Origin: Phoronis australis
Lineage: Eukaryota; Animalia; Phoronida
Direction: 5' to 3'
Assembly (NCBI GenBank): GCA_002633005.1
Contig: NMRA01000209.1
Coordinates: 186,001-250,000 of the forward strand
DNA length: 64,000 nt
Part shown: positions 50,501 through 62,500 of the stretch, in pieces
How positions within the stretch are numbered: position 1 is the first letter of the stretch
How the letters are laid out: each line of letters starts with the position of its first letter
Program-made: the position numbers and the translations under genes
Notes under the pieces: model-generated
The model's database searches: none
What the model saw: only the letters and a program-made list of their open reading frames with translations
What the model was told of the DNA's origin: nothing

Positions 50501-53500
50501 TACTGCTAATTTTGGTCACCCCTCTTATATTTGGTCGACGCTGAGCAGATACCACATGTTCAGTAGAGTGTTTCTTGTCAGATCCTCTGTGATATCTCCC
50601 ATCATATCTAAATATTGAGATTCCATGCTAGTTCCGATAAGGGTATATTTTTCCCAACGGTTTGGGCCTTTCGAGTTAATTTCTGACAGTTTGTAAAAAC
50701 TTCATGTTATTTGCAAACATTGCAATTCGTTAACACAATTACAAATGAGGACAATGTAACTCTTCGTCCATATACATGTACACAACCAAACACATTTGCC
50801 TTCGTGTCATATTTGTGGCTTGCTTAACTGTTCTTTTTGTCTTAAGAAAACATTTACTCGACCACCCACCATCTGAATTACATTATCTGTCCCACAGTTT
50901 GCCATCCATTATTCGAGATAACAGTTTCCAGAGACAATAGTGTGTTACGCGAACGTTCAGAGTAAACATCCCAGATGCCAGCATCTGTCAGACCTAGAAT
51001 AAATCGCGTAAAATAACTGTCCTGTGAATGTGCATTTGAACGCTTTAAGTTGCAAACACAATCTGAAAATCTTATTTTATCGGACCTCGATCTAATATGG
51101 TTTCGTCTTGTTTTGTTCGTGTACACCGCTTGTTCTTTAATTGAAAACGAGTGCAAAGAACCGTTCTATGAAAAGACGCTAATGACTGTATTCAAAACAG
51201 TTAGACATGTTCTCGGGTAATTTAAAACTACACGTATATGCATTCTTTGTGATTTTATCTAAACCTGCTTTCTCGATACATTCCTACGACTCCATCCCGC
51301 ACATCATTATCTTTTCAAAGACATTTCAGTATAGTGATTGACGGGATTTCGTATCTTGACCATATGTTTGCAATTTAACCATTTTAGATGTTATCGTTAG
51401 TCTTATAAGAAGGTTCTCGTAACAAGCTACACTGTGTGTTGCTGGAAAATCAGATTTGACTTCCTTTCTGATTAGGAGTTCTAGACGACAAGTGACACGG
51501 CAAATTAGAAATGAACTATCCAACTGCCACACTGGTCGCATTCACCGAGACCACCGCAGTACATGTATTTCAATAAAACTCTACGCTCATCTGTTTAGTA
51601 GAATTATGGTAAACAGTAATTGTTTACAGGATTAACAAAAATCCACTCCACGTGACGACAGGAACAGTTGCTAACATCAACATTTATGACATCAGCGTAA
51701 ACAAGCATTTAGTACTGTTTGTTTTAATAGTAGTAAAACACGCTTGAAGCCATTAGATTCCTGAGAGTCGAGCACGATTTCAAGTGACACGACAGATTCC
51801 ATTTGCTGTCAAAACACACAGCGAACGTTTTTACTGACGGCGCAAGACATATCGGTGAAAGCTGAAGGGTCACTGAGGAAACAATCTAGAGCCAGACTTC
51901 TGACTATTGAGTTCTTATAGCAGGCTAGACACAGTGTCGAACAACCACCGGTCACAGTGTTCGTGAACTCCGGCTGCTGGATGTACAAGTCAAGTGTTAA
52001 AGTATCTTTCCCGTGTGATACACGACGAGATATCAAATCAAAATGCTGAGTAGAAGTCGCAATGGATTAGCCATGCGCAAGCTAGGCTACTAAGAAGCTT
52101 CTTAACATTATTCACGTTAATCGTCGTATCATTACAACCCAGAACAATATCGAGCAAAACATTCACAAAAGAAGCCTCGCAAACCTTTCCCAACCGCAGA
52201 CTTCTGAAAGTGCCTTCAGCAAGAAAAATCTGCCATTGGTTTTTGAGACTATGTTCGAAAGCTAGAGTTCCGAAGGGACTCTTCAGGATCCCAAAAGTAT
52301 CTCAACAGGGAACTTTCGAAAGAGCCCTCACCGAGAAAATGCTACCACGCTTTTTGTTAACCTGGTTCGAAAATTTCCTAAGGGTCTCTTTCATACATTG
52401 CAAATGTGGACACGATGCTATTATTTGCTCAATGTTTGGTCCAGAAAGAGACCCTTCTAACTTCCTCCTTGTCAACTGAGACGTGATGTGAGTATTCATT
52501 ATCAACATTATATCGCAAAACTCATTTCAGGACATATTTGCGAAAGCACGTCCCGATGCTTCGAAAGCCCTATTCCTCATCACAGACGGTTATTCCAACG
52601 GCGGAGATCCCCGACCAGCCGCGAAGGCAATGCGTGACGACGGCGTCAGGGTGTTCACATTTGGAATTCGCAACGGCAACGTGAATGAGTTGTATGCCAT
52701 GGCATCGGAACCGAAGGAGGAACATAACTATATATTAGACAGTTTTGAAGAGTTTGAAGCACTTGCAAGGAGAGCGCTGCACGAAGGTAATCTCGTCATT
52801 TGTTTCGTAAGATGACGTCAGACCAGTTTGCCAACACAATCCTTTAAGGTGCCCTGTTTAGCTGACTAGAAACGAAAATCGGTCTTATAATATTACTGAA
52901 AGGGTTCTATTTCCGTCGCCAACAAAAACACAGAAGCATCAACAACTCTAGAAAACCTTCAGAGTTATTGGGCGAACCCTAAAATTCGAAAATGAGGCAT
53001 GCATTCATTGCCCGTGACTCGAGTCGGGGAAGAACCATTTCACGGTAGGGGGCGTCATGAGACTGATTTTCTAGGTAAAAGGTCCAACTCGACTTTCATT
53101 TTTAACCGACTTAACAGCGCGAAGTGCAGATTTAATGAATTTAAATCTGGCGCTCTTACCAACAAGTACTTTCATTTTAAATGTTCCCATTCTCTGGAAA
53201 TTTTTGCGGTAATATTATTTAATTGTTGTTGTGGGTAAGGTGAACCCCTTCTTCAATCTTCATGTTAACTGCACATTCAATCTGACTGTCATAAAGTTGA
53301 AATTACTGTAACACAGGTTCTCTCACTCCCTTGGCTGCACATGCAGAAGACCCTGTTACGAGTACGCACTCGTTAAAGGAAAATTTCGCATTTTGCAAAG
53401 CATCCAGTCAAAAAAGTTTACATTGCACCATACTGTATCTTCCATGCTTACCAGGTATTTCAGAAAGACACCCCATGGGACGGAAAATTTCTTTTTCCCG

Positions 53501-56500
53501 ACGGCATGACGTCAAACAACTAACCAAGGTGTATTTCGGAAAACAGAAGCGAGTCTCTTTCGGAAACCTGTATTGCTCAGCTCATTTTACCACGGCTATT
53601 TAATAAATACTGGGGTGGTCCACAGCTTGGATGGACGTCTGATGACGAATCTCTGGTCAATTGATCAATTTGAAATATTTTAACAGTAATTGTAAAAGTA
53701 GAAACTTTGATATAATATTGACATCTTGCTCACACTTTCCACACATTCCAGCCATACAAAATGATCTCCATGTTTTTGCTGAGGCTCTATCGGGAATCTC
53801 TAGTTGACATATACAAACAGAGACTGCACGTAGCACTGTAGTCATTGTTCACCCCTGCACCACGTAGAAGTGTGTAGCGAAGTCATCGTGGCATTCTATG
53901 CTTTATCACCAAACACATCCATTTTCCGATGTAACGGGGACAGGACGTAATCCGCAAACGGTGGCTCGACGATCTATAGCGTAGTTGGTGGAGAGCGTTC
54001 TCCATTGTGTGGATTTGTTGCAGAGGGGATATTTTCCAGGGTTATGCCAGCACACTGCCAAGTTGGGCCAGTTTTGCCTTGGGATATTCAAACAGTTCAC
54101 GTCAAAATGACCAACGTTTCAAAATGTTCGAGAGCGAATGGCGCTGTGGCAATGCTGCGCGTCTTAAACACCAGAATTAGAAATTGGGTCAAGAGGAACA
54201 AGGTTTTGTGTTCTCACATCCCTAAAGAGTTGTATGTAGAAAGTTTCCAACTGCTGTCCTTCGAAAAAGTGCTGATCTGCACTCAATGATCGTGTTGCCT
54301 TGACAAGCATCGCAGCATTCACGTCTCATTTCAGCGTTGACACGTGTTGTGTTCACAACAAATTAATTAGTTTTGGGTACTTACATGTACGCTGTTTCGG
54401 TGAAGGGGGAGGGGGGAGGGGGTGAAGGTCATGTAACACGAGCAGTGCTGTAGTGGGGCGTAGGCGTCCGTAGGCGCAGCCAACCACCTTTTGGCATTTG
54501 AACGTAGCGCCTACGCACCGTAAGTTCAGTGCTCAAGGTGATACGGTGGCTTTGGGCGCCTACTTACCTGTAATTTTACCACTACACGGAGCACTGAACA
54601 CGACGAGTCTGGGCCTTCGACCCTGTTTTAGTTTTGTAAGCACTGTGGAGGTATGAGCAATGCAATTCGAAGGTTTGAGAGGAAAAACTTGCGCATGATA
54701 TGTTGAAGGACGTTAATCAATTTGTAAAATGTTTTCGTGCCAACAAAGCACTGAAATGAAGGAAAATCACAGTCTTTCACATTCAAGAGCAGGTACAAAG
54801 ACATTCTGTAGCCACGACTGAGACTTATCGCTATTTTCTAGAGTGTTGAATTGTCATCTGAATCATTTTGAAGGTCACCCCCGATCCATTGAATGGCTGC
54901 TGATTTGATTACCTTTTGAATAGAAGTAACATATAATCCCCTTCATACTGACTTAACTCCAACCACAAATTATTAATACAAATCTAATGTAGTTAATTTT
55001 TTTTACTGATGACTGTCTCTTTTACATGTATGTCTGTGTGGGTAACTGAATGACTGATGTAGATGTACATGTTCACGTACGTACATTACATTTATGACAA
55101 ATCGATCAGTGCTTTACCGGCACGTTGTTACGCATGCGCACGTTTCCTTCGTAGATTTGCATGCCGGTCACTACATGCTGCAGGAACCACAGAAATGCAA
55201 TAGACTGTGTGACGAAGAAAAGTTGTGTTGCGACTCAATGTCGACGTGTCGCTGCGGAACGCACACTGGTCACTATGAATGTATATGCCAAAAAGGATTT
55301 TACGGGACAGGACTCAGAAACGACTGCACAGGTACCGCGACGAGAAGACAAGTAGTGTTAAATTTACTCACGAATGATGGAGTTGATATAGAAATGCTCA
55401 GAGCTGTTAACCTTTGACCTCATGAGTACGAGCAGACAATAGTTGAATTGGCAGTTTTGCTAGGAATTATGGGTATTATGGAAAAATTCCATTGCATGAT
55501 GCTCCCCGTGTATTGGGAAGGAAAGGAAACGGACTGCAGCCAACTGGACTTGCCACGGCAATTCTGCTCATGAAGTTTCAATCATGACATCAGAAATACG
55601 TAATTTAGCAAACGGGAATGTGTAACAACTGCCGAATTGTAGTCTGCACTATAAATTGGCCAACATGCACAGTTGGTTCCTGGTTAAAGTGTGATACGTG
55701 GACATTGTATGTACGATTAATGTTCAAAAAAGCATTTTCACGTTTAAGACCCATTCATTTACGCAACACAATTTCACAGATTTACGTAACTTTCTAACAA
55801 TTAAGTAAAGTGCTGTTGGTTTTATTGTTCTGTTTTGCTTGCAACGATTTTGCAACCCAATGTGGCGCACTTTACGAAAACACTGTTTTATGTAACTAAA
55901 TTGATGATGTTCTTTATTCAGTTTTGAATGACTGCTATATCTTCAGCCTGCCCCAGTGGGACATACAAAGACAACACGAAGCCAGGCGACGTGAGTTCAT
56001 GTGTCAAGTGTCCGGATATCAACCACATATCTGACCCGGGTAGTACCGATATATCCCACTGCGTTTGCAAAAAGGGTTTCCGGACGTTAATTGGAAAGCA
56101 CGCATGCGCAGGTTAGTGTCAGTTCACCTACGGTTTCTCAATAAGAATAAATCTATTGGAAAAAAGAAACGTTTTCTTACGTAAAACCAAAAAAGTCCAA
56201 TCCTTTTGAACTTCAATGAAAACGTATGCATACATTTTGCTCTAAATCACCTTCTAATAACATGCAAAATATAATTGTCTCAATTACTACATCAAGATAG
56301 AGTCATTTCTAACCCAAATTATACACTTGAAGGATCTCGCAGGTAAAAATGTTTCCAAAATGCCAAACATTTAGACCGGGTTGCCCAACCCTTTTAGTTG
56401 TCATTTCAACGAAACCTTTGACATCGAGACTGAGTTTTTTTAAACCGCAAGACGCAAAGGTTATACTTGCGGCGTTAACCGTCACTTTTGAAAACGAAAC

Positions 56501-59500
56501 AGCGAATTCAGTCGATCTCACGATTCAACATTCCAACCTCACCGGCCAACCACTTCAATTTCCGTGACCGCCATTTCGCCAAGATAGACTAGTAAGCTCT
56601 CGAACACACCATTACTTTTCACTCACGTGCTTTTTCGAGGTTTTGTGATATGTTGCCTTTATCGCAACAAACTAGGTCTACGGAACGCTCTCCAGTTTTG
56701 ACCATGTCCATGATCATGATTTCTATATATAAGTCATCGGTAAGACTGAAGTGCCCCTTTAACGTATGTGGCTGCGTGCCAAAAACATATAATTCGATTG
56801 TGTGTAGCAAACTGTATTCATATTGATTAAGCTCATTCCGTTCGTTTTGATTTCGTTCGACTTAAACCATTTCTTTGTAGTTAGCATTTTAGAAGACAGG
56901 TTAAGGGTAATTAATCGGAAGGTGGCGCTGAAATAGAAACACTCCGTGAATGTCGTGAATGTCAGACGTGTGCAAGATCGTTTTACAGTCAATTTTCTAA
57001 ATTGATTAGTGACGTTGAGTGTCATCCAACCGTGGCGGCCATTTTGGTAGAGCATCAACAAAGTGGCCGAAAAAATTGAGCGCAACATTTTGCATCCAAT
57101 TTTGTTTACCGTGGGTCACGTTGGAAGATTATTTGGAAATACGCTTTAACTCAGCTTTTGACACGCGTTAAAGTGTCGTTTTTTATTGAAATGAGGAGGC
57201 GGAAATAGTATCTTAAAAACGTCATGTTGCACTATAAACTTTCAAGCTCTCACCTGTCCTGAAATTTCCCCTCCGGAACATGGGTACTTCGTCAAGAACA
57301 AGTGCAGCAATGTATTCAACGCGGCGTGTGGTATCAGCTGCAATCCTGGCTTCAAACTCGTCGGCAGCAGTTTGCGACTTTGCCAGGAAGGAGGCACGTG
57401 GTCTGGCGAAAAAGTAGTCTGCGAAGGTATGTGGCTAACCGTTGTCGTGCCTCACATTGGTACAAGCTTCTCAACTTATTGACCTCGAATTATTGGTGAA
57501 GACGTCTCTTGCAACTACCGGATGGGACGTTGTTTATAATTTCGTATGTAAGTTAACATTAGGAGTGTCTTACATGTGTCGTAGGCCGAGTGCGACATAA
57601 GTCCTAGTTAATTAATTATTCTTGGCTTCTGGTTGGCTACATAATTAGTACTGGAATAAGTCGGGGAATAATTACAGTAATAATCGGACTTGGCTTACGA
57701 TAGGTCAGGTATGACATAAGTCCGATTTATTACTGTAATAATTCTTTATTCCATCAAAAGGTAGGAATAATTTCTCTAAGAAAATATTTATTACTGTACT
57801 TAATATTTATTCCTGTAATAAATATTTATTGTAATTTTTACTGGCATCTGATTGGTTGATTTATTCCAGTAGGCAAGTTACAGGCAGCGGAAATGCGACC
57901 TGATCGTGCACAAAACAATTCTATACCGCAGTAGATCAACCATATTAGGTGGCCGTTTTTCTGTGGCTGCTGCCCTTGCTTTTGTGCTGTGTCTAGAGAT
58001 TGCTTCCAAATTCTATGACAGGGTGCGCATCATCGCGGTCACGAAAAACCCATATTATGAAACGCTCACGAAAAAGTCACTCTCCTGAGTACATGTAACG
58101 CACAGGAATGCCCTGTAGAGTGGTTATTTCAATTACCTTAATCCTAATTCTCAAAGTAGGTAATTTTTCGTCATTAAAACCAATCGTTTGAGTACGCGGC
58201 TCGTCAATGTCAATATCCCCGGATTCGGATTCTGCTGCACCAACGGTTTCAAATTTATTGATATTCCCTCGCAGTGGTTCCTGAAAACTCCAGACCTGTT
58301 AATTTTCAGTTCGTAAGTGCAATACGCTAAAGGTGCCAAGGAATGGCAATATGGTTTGCACCCGGGACGACTTTTCCTTTGGCACAACCTGTGAGTTCAC
58401 GTGTGACCCGGGATTCACGTTACTTGGCTCCGCCAAACGTGCTTGCCTTGCCATAGGACACTGGGACGGGATCACTACACGCTGCAGGGGTAAGTACAAT
58501 GTAGGCCTATGCACAACGTGTTGCTGCAAACGTGATGAGATGGAACAGACTATTCTCAGTGAACATGCGTTTAGGTGAGATACATACCATAAAACCGTTC
58601 ATAAGTATTTTTAGTCTCACACAGCATTTATCCATGCCGATATACTGTAATGTTGTGCTATCTGGTATTTTGATTGGAAATTTCGCGTGATCGAACAAAA
58701 ACCTTATTATCGAACAAAAATTTATTCGCTAATAAGATGATTAACGCCTAAAGACACCGTGTTCTGACTTCGAAATAATTCCTTTGTTTTTTCTTGCAAC
58801 GCAAGGAGTTTTCTGCTCTCCGCTTCCACCAATCTCCGACGGAAGAGTTTGGCCACCATCTTGTTTGACAGACCAATCCGAGTACGGAAATGACTGCGAA
58901 TACCACTGTAATGTTGGGTTCAAGCTTAGCGGACCAGCCAGTCGACAGTGTACATCTCTAGGCGTCTGGACATCCACGCCAAGACAACCCAGATGTGTTG
59001 GTGAGAGCTGAAATTTCCCCATTCCCGCACAATCACAGCACAAAATCAACATGATTGCCGTCTGCATGACTGTACGCCTACAATCTCAACAACTGATCGT
59101 GACCTAAGTTAGTCGCAAATTTGTCATTAAGCTAATCCATAAAAACGAGTTTTGTCTGAATGATTTCACAGCTGCTCCATCGATCGTAAAATAAAATTAT
59201 ACCTTGAATGAAACATTGTGTTGTGTTTCTAGATAATACCCCACCCGTTATCAAGTGTCCCGACAATATCATCTTGGAGTCGGATCCAGGTGACGACGGT
59301 GCTGTTGTCACGTGGAAGGTACCGTCTGCCACTGACAACTCCGGTGCAATAGCTTCCATATCGGTCAATCCAGCGATTCATCCGCCAAGAAAGTAAGCAT
59401 TCTCCTTGAATAAAAGTGGCGGATTTACAGTAATGCCAATGATTATAAAAGGGACACTAAACCCTGTTTTAGTCAGTTAACATATATTGGCTACGACGTG

Positions 59501-62500
59501 ATTATTTAAATGTTTGAAACAAAAAATTAGGTCACGTCACTCTTGTCACCCCTCAAATGTTTGAATCGTGTTTACGTACTCCTTTCCATTTCTCCAAAAT
59601 CATCAAGGTATACTAACGTTTGAGCCAGTACATGTAGCTCCATTACAGTGGGGGAAAGACTGAGCAAATCTTAACAAAATGTTTACACTGAGAAAGATTA
59701 AGGAACATCGTCTCAGCGGAAAAGATAATTGTAGGATAGAACCATGTAGTTTTGGGTGAAATCACCGAAGCAGGGTTTAGTGTCCTTTAAGCACCAAACC
59801 CCAAAAGCGGAAGACGCCCTATTGTCATTATGTTCACTAGGTTACTGTAGCTTAGCTGATCCTTAATAGACAGGGACCCCACCTGGCAGCAATGAGGCCT
59901 TTAATGACGGTGATCAAAGAATGGGGAATAGCAGAAAGCAGGACGCAGCGAAAGGCCAGACGTACCTTTGTGCCGAGGAGGGGGTGGAGGGTTTGGAACC
60001 AGTAGTGAATGGGGAGTAAAAGCGATGGCAATTGGGGTATGACCAATTTGGTAATGTCCGGTCAGGAGTGTCTACATTACGGAGAGGTGACTGCATAGTT
60101 GGTCAAGCTTTAGGCCCCCAAAATGTAGATCCGCCACTGTGGATATATGATGGCAATGTTTGAAGAACAACTTCATGAGAACATACGCATACTGATCTAG
60201 AATATTTAAAACAATTATTCAGAAAGCATTCGCTAACTTTGAACTGAGAGCATGTCGTGAGGTGAACGTTTGTCAAACTAAAGTAATTCCAAACCAAAAA
60301 TGTTAAGATAATCTACTTTAGATGTAACGAATTTTAGTTACCACGTGGAAGATATTGACAGCCAACGACGAAAACAAAGTCACGCTGATATTGTTACTTG
60401 CAGGTTTGAAATTGGAGAAGTGACCATCACCTACTTTGCCAATGACGTCAATGGCAACCAAGAGAAGTGCTTCTTTAAAGTTAAAGTCATAGGTATATTT
60501 CACTGCATTGTTCAATTTGATAGTCAACACCATGTCTCAATCAAAACCGATTATGTTTATTTGGAAAAAACATGTAATCATTGTCAAACAACATGCTCCA
60601 ATCTCTAGCCGTGTCTCACCAATTTATCAAACTTTTTCTGTGATGCGACCACGACAAAGGAGAGTAGTCAATCGGCTTTACTTTAACATTTTTATTGTCG
60701 ACTGCAAAAACTATCATACCGTAAGCTAAGAGAGGTATTTTTCTTCGCAAAATACATTAATTTAACTTGAACGCAGGTTTCACACTAAGTTTTTACCAAG
60801 AGCTCAGCAAAGAAAACGAACAGACACAGAGGTACCTGAAGCTCATTTGAACGAAAAATATTGTATTATGATTAAACAAATGTCCACGTTTGGCTAACTC
60901 CGGACATCGAATCTCAAAAATGGCTGAATGGATTGAACTGTTTTCCAAACGCTATTCAATTGAATGTTTAATATGTTTCATTTTGCATGAGGGCCTGTGA
61001 AAAAATGTGACGCTTACGATATTTATGAAAAAACTCAGTTGTGTAAAACGAATTTAGAAAACTATTACAAAGTTTCATGAAATTACATCATGAACATGTT
61101 AAATGGATGTTGGTCATGATATCGATACAGTTGTTCTACCATCAACGTATCCTTTTGCTAAATTTTACTAAAAACATGGTTACGTGATGCCAGTAATGGC
61201 GGACTGGCAAAAGGTCAAAAACGAAATTCTACAGTCTTTCTACACCTACAAAATTTCTAGAATTTGTTTTCCATACGCACTTGTCGATACGATGCTACAA
61301 AACCTTAGCAAATGTGAAATAGCTCATTAATTACGTACTGCACACGTTGCCACTACCGTCCACTTTTGCTGACGGGTCGTTAGCGTAACGGGACTATTTC
61401 TACCGAAACTTTTGATTAATCAAGCGTAACACATTTTGCTCTGGCCTACATAATTCGTCTTTCAATCGACCGAACATGTGCACCTCAATACTATAGGTTT
61501 CCAGCGTGCGTATTCCCTAAAACTAAATAGGTACTAGTCGTGCTCAAATTCAAAATGCTAAAATGTTACGGATTAAGTACTGGTGTTCAACGAAGGCTAT
61601 TACTTATTTACGAAAACTATTCTCCGTAGACAGTGAGCCGCCGAGAATCGACAAATGTGTTTCCCCACCACCATTCCTGGCAAACGCAAAAGGTGTCGCT
61701 TCTGTCAAGTGGGAGGAGCCTGTTTTTTCCGACAACTCTGGTGAAAAGGTGCATTTCAACGCGTCTCATTCACCGGGCGATTTTTTCATCGGTGAAACGA
61801 CGGTAACTTACACAGCTTCCGACATACATGGCAACACTGTCTCCTGCCAACTGATCATAATTGTAAGAGGTAAATATTCAGTAATACATTGCGCTGGGTT
61901 TACCAAATCGTCACCCTCAATCTCAGATGCCTATTTCTTTCTTCATCTTGTGAATATTATGGTATGAATTCACTTCGACCATTATAGTTGGAAATGAAAC
62001 CAGATGAGGATATGCATAACTCCTAGATACACTCGTCTGATTGACGCTAATCGTATCCTTGACTGTTTTCAGAAGATATCTGTGTGCCACCGAAAGCCCC
62101 CGTCAACGGCATCATCGACTGCATCACGCTGGCGCACTCCAAGACGTGTGAAGTTGCCTGCAACGAAAACTTCAACATGGCTTTAGAAGGCCCAAGGGAA
62201 CTGTCATGCAACGAAGATAACGGAGTTTGGAGACCTGAAGGGTTGATTTCTGATTGTTCTGGTACATAAACACAACATGAATCAATATTTTATTCTTAAA
62301 CATTTGTACATGGACGTTTAATTGAAACACCACAACCGTCTTTTTAAGAATTAACAGTCCAGCTCATTTTTCTCCTTAAAGCCGCTGTGCGTTCTGGTAT
62401 TAGAAGCATTGGATAATCTACACTTCCGGTACTTTTCTTCGTTGGACTATATGCACTCCCGTGGATGTTCCACAATCTTTCAGTCTCGTTTCAATTGAAA

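Noticed and set aside
57302-57499. ORF track entry MQQCIQRG...
   Set aside because: Wrong frame; the real Sushi exon (57247-57426) is in another frame.
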